From an uncultured Mycoplasmatota bacterium (GTDB lineage Bacteria; Bacillota_I; Bacilli_A; RF39; UBA660): 64,000 nucleotides of DNA. Positions 48,508 to 57,834 of this stretch are shown here, one piece after another. Position 1 is the stretch's first letter. Each line of letters opens with the position of its first letter. The translations under genes and the position numbers were made by a program. The notes below the pieces were generated by a model. That model was given only the letters and a program-made list of their open reading frames with translations. It searched no databases and had not been told where the DNA came from. Where the stretch lies: NCBI GenBank assembly GCA_946407055.1, contig CAMJMP010000001.1, forward strand, positions 6,847-70,846, written 5' to 3'.

Positions 48508-49187
48508 AAATATTAATAACAAGTGATTTACATGGTTTTCTTCCATATATTGATCAACCAGCAGATTTATTATTAATCTGTGGTGATATTGTTCCGTTAT
48601 CTGTTCAATCAAACGGACATAAATCAAAAGTTTGGTTTAGAGATGTATTTAAAAAATGGGCAGAAGAACTTCCTGTAGACAAAGTAATATTTATTGCAGG
48701 AAATCATGATTGGTTTCCTTATTGGGATGAAGGAACAAAATTAAGAAATCTATTTCCACATGATTCTAAAGTTACATATATTCAAGATGAACTTTATGAA
48801 TATAAAGGAATTAAAATATATGGAACTCCTTGGTGTAAACAATTTTATAATTGGGCATTTAATCTTAATGAAGAAGGATTGAAAGAAAAATATTCTCAAA
48901 TTCCAGAAGGTATAGATATATTAATTACGCATGATGCTCCAAATCAAAATGAAGTTGGAATGATTCACGATGGAATATATAAAGGAGAAGATGCAAGTAA
49001 TTATATTCTTACTGATATAATTAAACAGAAAGCTCCAAAATATTGTTTCTGTGGACATATTCATTCTGGAAATCATCTTTCAAAAGAAATAGATGGAATT
49101 ACATTTGCAAATTGTTCTTATGTAAATGAACAATATGTACCTGTTAATGATTTACATATTTTATATATAGATGACAAAGACGCTTAG
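48504..49187 (+). CDS. Calcineurin-like metallophosphoesterase
   Basis: 'ILITSDLHGF', 'GDIVP', 'GNHDW' and 'GHIHSG'. Confidence 0.6.
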   Translation: MKILITSDLHGFLPYIDQPADLLLICGDIVPLSVQSNGHKSKVWFRDVFKKWAEELPVDKVIFIAGNHDWFPYWDEGTKLRNLFPHDSKVTYIQDELYEYKGIKIYGTPWCKQFYNWAFNLNEEGLKEKYSQIPEGIDILITHDAPNQNEVGMIHDGIYKGEDASNYILTDIIKQKAPKYCFCGHIHSGNHLSKEIDGITFANCSYVNEQYVPVNDLHILYIDDKDA

Positions 49188-49318
49188 AAATTATTTAGAA
49201 TGGAGATTTAGGAATAATAACATTCCAAAGTATTACAAATATTGTAATGATTGGATTGAAAACATTCCTAAATCTCAGTTATGGTATTACGAGATCGAAA
49301 TGTATCATTTAATAAACA

Positions 49319-49588
49319 ATGGAATTTATGGATAAATTTGTATATGTATTCACAACAAATTGGGAACTTAACGATGGTCCCTGCCATGAAATAACAGGAA
49401 TATTCGATTCTTTTGACAAAGCTGTTAATAAATATCAAGAAATACTTCAAGAAGATTTATCTGAAGCTGTTAAATTTGATTATGATGAAAGTCTCCAGAA
49501 AAATGAAGATTATTTAAATCATTATATTGATGAGCCTAATGGATATAGATATATAGAATATAATATAGAAAAAGTAAAAGTAGAATAA
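49319..49588 (+). CDS. Hypothetical protein
   Basis: 89-aa ORF. Confidence 0.35.
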   Translation: MEFMDKFVYVFTTNWELNDGPCHEITGIFDSFDKAVNKYQEILQEDLSEAVKFDYDESLQKNEDYLNHYIDEPNGYRYIEYNIEKVKVE

Positions 49589-49589
49589 T

Positions 49590-49775
49590 ATGCTACAAGA
49601 AATAATATTTATATTTGACTATTCAACAGGTACTGTTTTTAAACATTACTTAACTAAAAAAGAATCTTTACTTCAAGGAGATGAAATTTTTGAAGAAATA
49701 TGTGAAAAACAAGACATTCATTCAAATGATTGTTATTATATGATTACTACAGATGATGAAATTATAACCATTTAA
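49590..49775 (+). CDS. Hypothetical small protein
   Basis: 61-aa ORF. Confidence 0.3.
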   Translation: MLQEIIFIFDYSTGTVFKHYLTKKESLLQGDEIFEEICEKQDIHSNDCYYMITTDDEIITI

Positions 49776-49787
49776 TATTTAAAAATT

Positions 49788-50228
49788 ATGATAAACATTG
49801 ATGAACTTATAAAAGACGCACTGAAGAGTAAAGACGCTGATAAGCTTAAGGCTTACAGAAATTTAAAGGCTAAGATTATGGAGTATAAGACAGCTAAAAA
49901 TGCTAAACCTTATAATAATCAAGCTGAAATTCAAATCATTAAGAAAATGTGCGATTCTCTTAAAGAGTCCGAAAATAACTATAAAAAGGCGAATAGACAG
50001 GACTTATTTGACGAGTGTATAGTTGAAAGGAGAATACTAGAAAATTTCCTCCCAGTGGCTGCTAGTGCCGAAGAAATCGAATTAGCAGTTAGGGAGTCCG
50101 AACATTTTGTAGATGGAAAAATAAATAAAAAATCAATGGGTTTAGTAATTAAAGAAATTAAATCAAAATTTGATTTTGTAGATGGAAAATTAGTATCAGA
50201 AATTGTTAAGAAGTTTATAAATGATTGA
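49788..50228 (+). CDS. GatB/YqeY-domain protein
   Basis: 'LIKDALKSKDADKLKAYRNLKAKI' matches the YqeY N-terminal helix pattern (L..alKaKd..rl...R.l.a.i); 146 aa. Confidence 0.45.
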   Translation: MINIDELIKDALKSKDADKLKAYRNLKAKIMEYKTAKNAKPYNNQAEIQIIKKMCDSLKESENNYKKANRQDLFDECIVERRILENFLPVAASAEEIELAVRESEHFVDGKINKKSMGLVIKEIKSKFDFVDGKLVSEIVKKFIND

Positions 50229-51255
50229 TATTGAAGGACTTAAAAAACTTATATTAAGTATTTATACTGACAAAGATTTAGTACGCATGGATGGCGATCA
50301 ACAAGACGACTATATCTTTGGAAAGTTTTATAATACAATTCCATTTTATTTTAATTACCATCCGACGAATGATAATTTTGATTATTGTAATCCATTTCCG
50401 CATAAAGAAGATTATGATCCAAAACAATCATTCTTTAAACTTGTAGAAGAATTTAAAGAAGACGGTTATCTTTTCAATTCTGATTTATATACAGAATATG
50501 GAGTTTTATCTCCGTATTCTCAAATAAAACTTACAAGTAAAGTAATTCCAGAAAGAATAAAGAAATGTTTAGTCTTAAAGGAACACAAAATTGAAAATAT
50601 CTCAAAAGCAATTGTAATTGAGAATGGAGAGATTGAAACACGAACTATAAATATTGAAAGAATTACTGATGAAGCTCTTATTAATTATAATGAAGATCTT
50701 CCTGTAGAAAAATTTGATAATTTCATAGAATCTGATAAATCTGGAATTGCTTTGATGCATGGTATTCCTGGTTCTGGTAAATCTTATTTTCTTAGGTATC
50801 TTATAAATAAACATAGAGATAAAAACTTTATTTATTTCGATAAGACCTTACTTGGTGATTCTACATCAGTAAAGTTTAATAGGTTTTTGGACTATAATAA
50901 AAATTCTATTTTAATATTAGAAGATTGTGAACAATTAATTAAGTCAAGAAATTTATCTAATAATTACTTTATTCACACGCTTCTTAATATCTCTGATGGA
51001 TTAGATGGAGACGATTTAAACATCAAATTTATTTTAACTTTTAATACTGATTACAGTAATATTGATACAGCATTAACTCGTAAAGGTAGACTTAGATTAA
51101 GATATGAATTTAAGAAACTTACAATAGATAGAGTTAAAACTTTATTTGAAAAGTTTAATATAAACGATACTCCTAAACCTATGGCTCTTTGTGATATTTA
51201 TAACTATTTCGAAGAAACAGGTGCTGAAGATAATCGTAAGAAGTTAGGATTTTAA
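50221..51255 (+). CDS. AAA-family ATPase
   Basis: Walker A 'GIPGSGKS', Walker B 'ILILED', second region of homology 'DTALTRKGRL'. Confidence 0.65.
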   Translation: MIDIEGLKKLILSIYTDKDLVRMDGDQQDDYIFGKFYNTIPFYFNYHPTNDNFDYCNPFPHKEDYDPKQSFFKLVEEFKEDGYLFNSDLYTEYGVLSPYSQIKLTSKVIPERIKKCLVLKEHKIENISKAIVIENGEIETRTINIERITDEALINYNEDLPVEKFDNFIESDKSGIALMHGIPGSGKSYFLRYLINKHRDKNFIYFDKTLLGDSTSVKFNRFLDYNKNSILILEDCEQLIKSRNLSNNYFIHTLLNISDGLDGDDLNIKFILTFNTDYSNIDTALTRKGRLRLRYEFKKLTIDRVKTLFEKFNINDTPKPMALCDIYNYFEETGAEDNRKKLGF

Positions 51256-51375
51256 TTATGGAATTTTTAATTCAATCTTCTGTTCCAGAATCTTATAAAC
51301 AAATTCTAAAAGATTTAGATATTCCTCCTTTAGTAGGAACAATTACTGTTAAATTTTTAAATTCTTGGTATTAAT

Positions 51376-51807
51376 ATGTATATAGCTAGTGGAACCTATA
51401 ATTGGGCTGACGAAATGGATATTCCTTATGTAATTATACTCACTGATGTTCAATATAAAAATTATCTTAAATTTAAAGAAAAATTTCCAGATTTTGTAGC
51501 AATTCATATTTGTTGTGGAACTAATCAAGATACAGATATATCTGTAGACGATTTTAGATTCCAGGAAATTGGTAAAGAATATGTTAGAGTAATTAAAAAG
51601 TATATGCCTACTTGGAAATTAGAACTTGATTTACTTGAAAAAATAGAAGAATATGTAGAAAGAGAATATGAAGGATTTTCTGATATTCTTTTACCTTGTA
51701 CATTATTTGATTTACCTGAAGATCTATTTGCTAGATATTTAGATTTAATCTTAGAATACGATAAAGAAAGAGATGAATTAAGAATTGACGATTACGGAAA
51801 GAAATAA
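51376..51807 (+). CDS. Hypothetical protein
   Basis: 143-aa ORF; last gene on the + strand. Confidence 0.35.
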   Translation: MYIASGTYNWADEMDIPYVIILTDVQYKNYLKFKEKFPDFVAIHICCGTNQDTDISVDDFRFQEIGKEYVRVIKKYMPTWKLELDLLEKIEEYVEREYEGFSDILLPCTLFDLPEDLFARYLDLILEYDKERDELRIDDYGKK

Positions 51808-51813
51808 TACACA

Positions 51814-51863
51814 AAGGGCGACTTGATTGGATAAACTCCAGTCAGGTCGCCCTTATTTTTTTA
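51814..51863. terminator. Terminator shared by both strands, between the convergent + and minus gene blocks
   Basis: AAGGGCGAC...GTCGCCCTT stem followed by ATTTTTTT; also the 3' end of the minus-strand gene 51861-56660. Confidence 0.6.
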
Positions 51864-54800
51864 CTCTTGTGAATTAACTTTAAGTGTATGGAATACAGGT
51901 TTAAATTGGTTGAATAAGGCATTTGATTTACCAATTGTGGTATAAATGCTTTGATCTCCGAATATTGTTTCGTGAACATTACTATATTGTTTTCCTAAAT
52001 ATTCGAAAGCAAACGGTGTCCAACTAACAGCTGGATCTCCAATAGTATCTATAAAGTTAAAATCTAAGAATGAATTTTTAACAGATTTAATTGCTATATT
52101 ATATGCTGATAATTTAAGTGCATCACCCATATCGGTTTCACTTGAATTTTTCTTTTCATCATCATAAGCTCCTGCTAATGCTGCAGCTATGATGTTTCCA
52201 ACAAGCATAAACATTATTAAATCATAACCTAATTGTTTCATATTAGAACGATATGCAGTACGTAAATTTAAATCTTCATTATACCACATATTTCTCCATC
52301 CATCTGAGATTCCATCGTTTTTCATACTACCTAATAAAGTATATATAGTAGAAACAATTCCTTCTTTCCAATTACCTTCCCAACGAACAACTTGTTCAGT
52401 TGAAGCATTTTCATCTCCTTCTTTTACAGGAGGTTCATTAAATAATATGTTGCCTTCTGCATCTTTTTGATAATAATATTTTATAGTATTACCACTTTCA
52501 TCTTTTTCAGTATAAGGAACCCAACGTCCTTCAAGTTTTACACCACCATGTGCAAGATATTGATTCTTTTTACCAGACCAGAATGTTTTAAACTGCATGA
52601 ATAATGAACCCCAAAGTGTTGATTGAATCATAGATTTCTTTTCATGTGAATAATAACCATAAAGTGTATCACCTAAAGATTTCATTGATTCTGACTCTAA
52701 GTTTGTATAAGCACGAGGTAGTTTTGTTTTCTCTGATAAATCAAATTTAAACTTACTACCATCTGGATTTAAAGCATTTTCTTTTTCAAATTGTCTTGCA
52801 GCTGCAATGTAAAGCATTTTAGCTTTTTCATATTCAGCTGGGTTAGATCTATCATCATCAAAAAATGCTTTATATCTCTTATCTAAAGCACAATCATATT
52901 CAAGTACTCCTTTACTATTAATTTTATGTGCTTCATAAGAACCTTCATTAATCATCTTAGCAACAAAGATTGTCATTCTGTTATAATAGTCTGGACGTGA
53001 TGCAAATTTAAATAAGAAGTTATTGAAATTAAATATACCGTTTTGGTCAGTCTTTATTTTATCAATATATGTATTCATATCCATATCATTGACACCATAA
53101 AGTCTATTAAACTCTTCAATTATTGTTGGTTTATCTGTATAGGCTTGTGGATTAGTTAATTCTCCATAAACTATTTTAGCTGCCTCTAACATATTAGATA
53201 ATGTAAAAGCATCAGTTCCATCTGGCTTACGGATTATTAATGATATGTCTTGCCATATACCTTGTATTGTCTGATAAATTGCTTGAACAGGAGATAAGCC
53301 AAGAACTAATTTAGATGCTGCTTGTTTGATTTTATTTAAAAATGCAACAGCAGGTCTATACTTTTCTGGAATAATTGATTCATTTTTAATCTTATTTTTA
53401 ACATAATTTTCAAGATATTCAAGGTCGTTTTTGAAACCTTCCTCTACATTTTGATTAAAACCTTGAACTGTAAGATTAATCATAGATGCTTTAATCATAG
53501 GGAACACTTCATTTACACGATTTTTCATATCATATGCAAAAGTATGTTTTAAGAAAAGTGTTTCAAGATTAAGTTCATATCTTTTACGAGCTAATATCTT
53601 ATCACGAAGTTTTCCTTCTCCGTAATCAAAATAATTAGTCATTTCAAATAAAGACTCAGAACTTTTATATTCTTGTTGTAATTTATCATCAAAAATTCCT
53701 TCAACAGATGCTTTTGCTCTTCTCCAAGCCTCTTTTGGTAACCAACCTTTAAGTCTATCTTTAAATGCTGCAAGAAGTCCATCTTTTGCAGAAATTACAG
53801 AAGTGTCTCCTTCACAAAGAGGTATTCTATAATATTTAGGATTATTCTTTTCGTATCCTCTATTTTCATTTATTATAGGAAGAACATATTGTAAAAATTC
53901 TTTTTCTTCTGGTAATAAACTATCATCTGTATCAGGATCTTTAAAATACACTTCTCCATCTTTATCAAATTCATACATATTAATGTATAAAGATGCTTGA
54001 TTACCTGTTGTATTTTCTTTAAGCCATCCAAAGTTTTTACGTTTTTTTAATTTTTCTACTAATTCGCGCATTTTAGCAGCAGGTTCTTGTATATCAGCGC
54101 GTACGTTTTGATAAGCTTCTGTTACTAATTTTGTTACAGAATTAAGTGTTTCAGATGATAAGTTACCAGGGTTATCAATCATATTACCACTAAGTCCTTC
54201 TTTATGAACCATTAATGATTGACACCAGTTTTCATGGTCATGTAATTGTTGTTTAAAGTTAATACCTTTAAGTTCAGCAATAGCAAGTAAACATTGATTG
54301 TATAATGCTACATGATCTTTAGATAATTGGTCTTGATTAGTAGTATAATTCTTTAAGATTTTACCTTTATCGGTTGTTTCAAGTTTTTTAATAATATCTT
54401 GAAGTGCTGATATTTTTTCATCTATAGAAGCATTACTTTCTATAGCAGTATCTAAAGCACTTTGACAACTCTTAAAATCTTTAAATTTAGAATATTCTTC
54501 TAACTCAGTTTTAACCATTATATCAGAAAGCATTGTTTTAGCTAATTGAACTTTAGCTGCCATTTTAATTTCTCCAGATTTGAAATTATTTCCTATAGAA
54601 ATTTTGCCTTCTGTACCACTTACTGTTTCTAATTCATTAAATGTATCAAATAGTTCTTTATTAGAACCAGCTTGAATACCTACACCTAATTGAGGATCGG
54701 CAACAAATACGTCACCTACACAAGCATTTTCTTTATCAATTAATTTATTTAACTGATTAATTGCAAGCATTGCTTCAATAAGTTCTATATTACCATATGT

Positions 54801-56660
54801 TGCTTGCATCATCATAGAGTCTGGATTTGATTTAAAATACAAATCTGATTTAAAACAACCACCTAATGTAGTTCTTCCGTTGCCAAAATTAAATTGTCGT
54901 TTTAAGTTTTGTGTAGATATTTTTACAAAATTATATTGTCTATTTCTTGCATTAAATAATGTTATAATACCTAATGCTTCAAGTGGCTTAAATGCTTCGC
55001 CTTCACAAACTTGCCAATTTTTATTAGCGTATCTATCCATTATACGAGCAAACCAGTCTTGACCAATATTATCAGTAAATTCAATACCTTCTACTGTTTC
55101 ATGTTCAATAGCAGTTTTAAGATGTCTTTTAATATTTTGTGTTAATTTATCACGAAATTTAGGTCTATCTTTTAACCACTTTTCTACTTTTTTAACAAGT
55201 TCATCTTCAGCATTAGGAAGTGAAGCATCGACTTTTATTTCTTCTGCATTTTTCTTTCTTGCTCCTTTCGGAACGAATACTAAATTACCTGCTTCATCTG
55301 GTTCAAATGCGTTAGCTTCCTCACATAATTTTTTAGCATCCTCATAACTATACGTTTTAAATTGTGAATAATTCTTGAACCATTTACCCATAGTATCTTG
55401 AACGTTTTGTAAGAAATCATCTGTTGATAATTCAGGTTGATATTGATAATCAATTACTTCATTAAGTTTTGTTTCAATATTATCGTCCAAAATTCTATTA
55501 GTAATATCTTCAAATACATTGTTTCTTAAATTAAATCCTGTAAATGTATATTTATCATCATCTTCATATTGAAAGTCAGCAATTTGTATAGGAACAATTA
55601 AATATTTTGTTTTATTAATATTTATTCCAGCTTTTGCAAGAAGACGTCCATATACAGCTGTTTGATAAGTATATGCTAATTTCTTAGCAGAATTGAAGTG
55701 ATCGTAATCGTGAATAGATGTTTTATAATCTACAATTTGAGGATTTCCTTCTTTGTCAATAACAAGTAAGTCAATGATACCCATTACTGTATCAACACCA
55801 TTTGCAACATTAGTATCTATTTTACCTGTTATTTTAAACTCAGGGTAAAAAAGACAATCATCTCCAAATTTATTAATAACAGCTTGTTCAATTTCTTTAC
55901 ACTTATTAAGTGCTTGTATAAACTGAGCATCTGTCATTAAATCATTAAATTTAATTGAACTTCCGTCTTTTCTTTTATATGTTAATGAAGATAATTTATT
56001 TCTAAATTCATTTAAAACATTAGGATCATTTTTAAGAGCGTCTTTCATGTAAACAATATTATCATCAGTAGATGATTCATGTTTACTAAAATATAATTCA
56101 AGAACAGAGTGAGTAGCATCACCAATTAATGCTTGATGTTCCCATTTGTTTTCTATTAAACCTCTTAAACGATCTTGTTGATGGGTATCTGAAACTTTAG
56201 GCATATTATTAACATCCCAACCTTCAACTTGTGAGAATAATTCTTTTTCAGCATCATTAAATTCACCTTTTGCCCAATCACCAAATCTTCCTTTAGTTCT
56301 ATCGTTTGTTCCCCAATAATTATCAGGTATAAATTCAGGGAAAAGAAGTTCATCATCTTCAGTTTTAAATCCAGATAAGAATCTATTTACACCAATATAA
56401 GGTGCTCGGAAATTATAAGAGTCTCTTTCGTCTCCAATGAATCTATTATTACGAGCATAATCCCATTCAGCTTCTAATTTCTCAGATTTTTCAGATTCTT
56501 TTTGTAATATATCTAAAACAACTGCTTGATGTGTATTAATCTGGAATACTATATCACCAAGAGATTTTCTTAAATAATTCTTTGCTAATAAAAAATCATC
56601 TAATTCAATTTCAGAATTAAATTGATGTCCGTCTAATAAATATACACAATTCATGAACAA
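51861..56660 (-). CDS. Giant protein (1599 aa) with an embedded RecB-family PD-(D/E)xK nuclease motif
   Basis: 'MGIIDLLVID...QIVDYKTS...YQTAVY' (hhhD / DYKT / QxxxY) at about aa 290-345, which is about 55625-55780; the rest is unassigned. Confidence 0.5.
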   Translation of the reverse strand: MFMNCVYLLDGHQFNSEIELDDFLLAKNYLRKSLGDIVFQINTHQAVVLDILQKESEKSEKLEAEWDYARNNRFIGDERDSYNFRAPYIGVNRFLSGFKTEDDELLFPEFIPDNYWGTNDRTKGRFGDWAKGEFNDAEKELFSQVEGWDVNNMPKVSDTHQQDRLRGLIENKWEHQALIGDATHSVLELYFSKHESSTDDNIVYMKDALKNDPNVLNEFRNKLSSLTYKRKDGSSIKFNDLMTDAQFIQALNKCKEIEQAVINKFGDDCLFYPEFKITGKIDTNVANGVDTVMGIIDLLVIDKEGNPQIVDYKTSIHDYDHFNSAKKLAYTYQTAVYGRLLAKAGININKTKYLIVPIQIADFQYEDDDKYTFTGFNLRNNVFEDITNRILDDNIETKLNEVIDYQYQPELSTDDFLQNVQDTMGKWFKNYSQFKTYSYEDAKKLCEEANAFEPDEAGNLVFVPKGARKKNAEEIKVDASLPNAEDELVKKVEKWLKDRPKFRDKLTQNIKRHLKTAIEHETVEGIEFTDNIGQDWFARIMDRYANKNWQVCEGEAFKPLEALGIITLFNARNRQYNFVKISTQNLKRQFNFGNGRTTLGGCFKSDLYFKSNPDSMMMQATYGNIELIEAMLAINQLNKLIDKENACVGDVFVADPQLGVGIQAGSNKELFDTFNELETVSGTEGKISIGNNFKSGEIKMAAKVQLAKTMLSDIMVKTELEEYSKFKDFKSCQSALDTAIESNASIDEKISALQDIIKKLETTDKGKILKNYTTNQDQLSKDHVALYNQCLLAIAELKGINFKQQLHDHENWCQSLMVHKEGLSGNMIDNPGNLSSETLNSVTKLVTEAYQNVRADIQEPAAKMRELVEKLKKRKNFGWLKENTTGNQASLYINMYEFDKDGEVYFKDPDTDDSLLPEEKEFLQYVLPIINENRGYEKNNPKYYRIPLCEGDTSVISAKDGLLAAFKDRLKGWLPKEAWRRAKASVEGIFDDKLQQEYKSSESLFEMTNYFDYGEGKLRDKILARKRYELNLETLFLKHTFAYDMKNRVNEVFPMIKASMINLTVQGFNQNVEEGFKNDLEYLENYVKNKIKNESIIPEKYRPAVAFLNKIKQAASKLVLGLSPVQAIYQTIQGIWQDISLIIRKPDGTDAFTLSNMLEAAKIVYGELTNPQAYTDKPTIIEEFNRLYGVNDMDMNTYIDKIKTDQNGIFNFNNFLFKFASRPDYYNRMTIFVAKMINEGSYEAHKINSKGVLEYDCALDKRYKAFFDDDRSNPAEYEKAKMLYIAAARQFEKENALNPDGSKFKFDLSEKTKLPRAYTNLESESMKSLGDTLYGYYSHEKKSMIQSTLWGSLFMQFKTFWSGKKNQYLAHGGVKLEGRWVPYTEKDESGNTIKYYYQKDAEGNILFNEPPVKEGDENASTEQVVRWEGNWKEGIVSTIYTLLGSMKNDGISDGWRNMWYNEDLNLRTAYRSNMKQLGYDLIMFMLVGNIIAAALAGAYDDEKKNSSETDMGDALKLSAYNIAIKSVKNSFLDFNFIDTIGDPAVSWTPFAFEYLGKQYSNVHETIFGDQSIYTTIGKSNALFNQFKPVFHTLKVNSQE

Positions 56661-57709
56661 AATTCCTCCAATTTACCCTCTCTCATTAAAGCAGCTTTAG
56701 TATTCATTTCAATACGATGTAAACTGTTATCATCAAGAGATCCTTTAAATTTATTAACTAATAATGAAGAATTTACTTTCTTTGCTAAATCTTTAAGTGA
56801 CATAAATCCTAATTCTGATGTATTAACAGAATTAACACTACTGTTTCCCATTAAGACAGAATCAAATACACGATTTAAATCATAAAATAAATTATATCTA
56901 TCTGATTCATTTAAATCATTAAGTTTAGAAGGAAATCCAGTTAAATATTTAGAAAACTCTTCAACAAGTATTTCTTCATTTATATCATTTCTAGTTCTAT
57001 CTTTAAATTGCTCTATTAAAAGAGGATAATCTTCAAAATTTTGTGTTTTATCCAATAACGATTGATATAATTGAGGATTAGTAAAACGAATTGATCCTAA
57101 AAATAAATGCATCATTTCATGTAAAGGAGCATCTACATTAGCAACATCTGTATTAATATAAATATTTCCATTATATACAAAAGCTGATGTATTTTTAGCA
57201 TCAGGAACTAATCCGTTCCATTCTTCTGTCATTAATTCAGCAATACTAGTTGGAATAATATTAATTCCATATAGTCTTGCTAATTTATCTATAGTTTGAT
57301 TTAATAAAGCAGTACTATTTATATTATCATCCATTTCTATAACTTCTTTTTCTTTAATATTATAGATGGATGGTCTATGTTCTATTTCTACATGAGCAGA
57401 TGTTTTTAATGGAACAAGAGTTATTTCCAAATCTCTAAATTCATCATTAAGTGCTACATTTGCTTCTTCTATATTATCAGTACCTGTCACTTCTAAAATA
57501 TTATTTATTTTAGCAGAAGTTCCTGTCATTTTAAGTGCGTCTTTTAGATAAGGTTCAGAATTACTATTTCGTAATTCATCAAGATATGGAAATCTATCAT
57601 ATTTATCTAAAAACATTCTACATTGTGCTTGTAATTCAAAATCAGAGAGTCCAGACTTCGACTTTAAAGTCTGGAACTCTACTGAATTAATATTTATACA
57701 TGATGCCAT
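56651..57709 (-). CDS. Putative zinc metallopeptidase-like protein (HExxH)
   Basis: 'APLHEMMHLFLG' HExxH motif; overlaps the downstream giant gene by 10 nt. Confidence 0.4.
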   Translation of the reverse strand: MASCININSVEFQTLKSKSGLSDFELQAQCRMFLDKYDRFPYLDELRNSNSEPYLKDALKMTGTSAKINNILEVTGTDNIEEANVALNDEFRDLEITLVPLKTSAHVEIEHRPSIYNIKEKEVIEMDDNINSTALLNQTIDKLARLYGINIIPTSIAELMTEEWNGLVPDAKNTSAFVYNGNIYINTDVANVDAPLHEMMHLFLGSIRFTNPQLYQSLLDKTQNFEDYPLLIEQFKDRTRNDINEEILVEEFSKYLTGFPSKLNDLNESDRYNLFYDLNRVFDSVLMGNSSVNSVNTSELGFMSLKDLAKKVNSSLLVNKFKGSLDDNSLHRIEMNTKAALMREGKLEEFCS

Positions 57710-57834
57710 TTCTTAAAAAGGTCTTAACACGTTCTTAATTCCTCCATTAATGCTTGTTCATATAATGAAGCGTAATAATCTAAATCTGCTACTGTTTTAC
57801 CATCTATTTCCTTAGTAGGCATTTTACTCAAATA

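Noticed and set aside
54880-55062. 60-aa + strand ORF (and 56165-56356 minus)
   Set aside because: Embedded in or antisense to the 1599-aa minus-strand gene.
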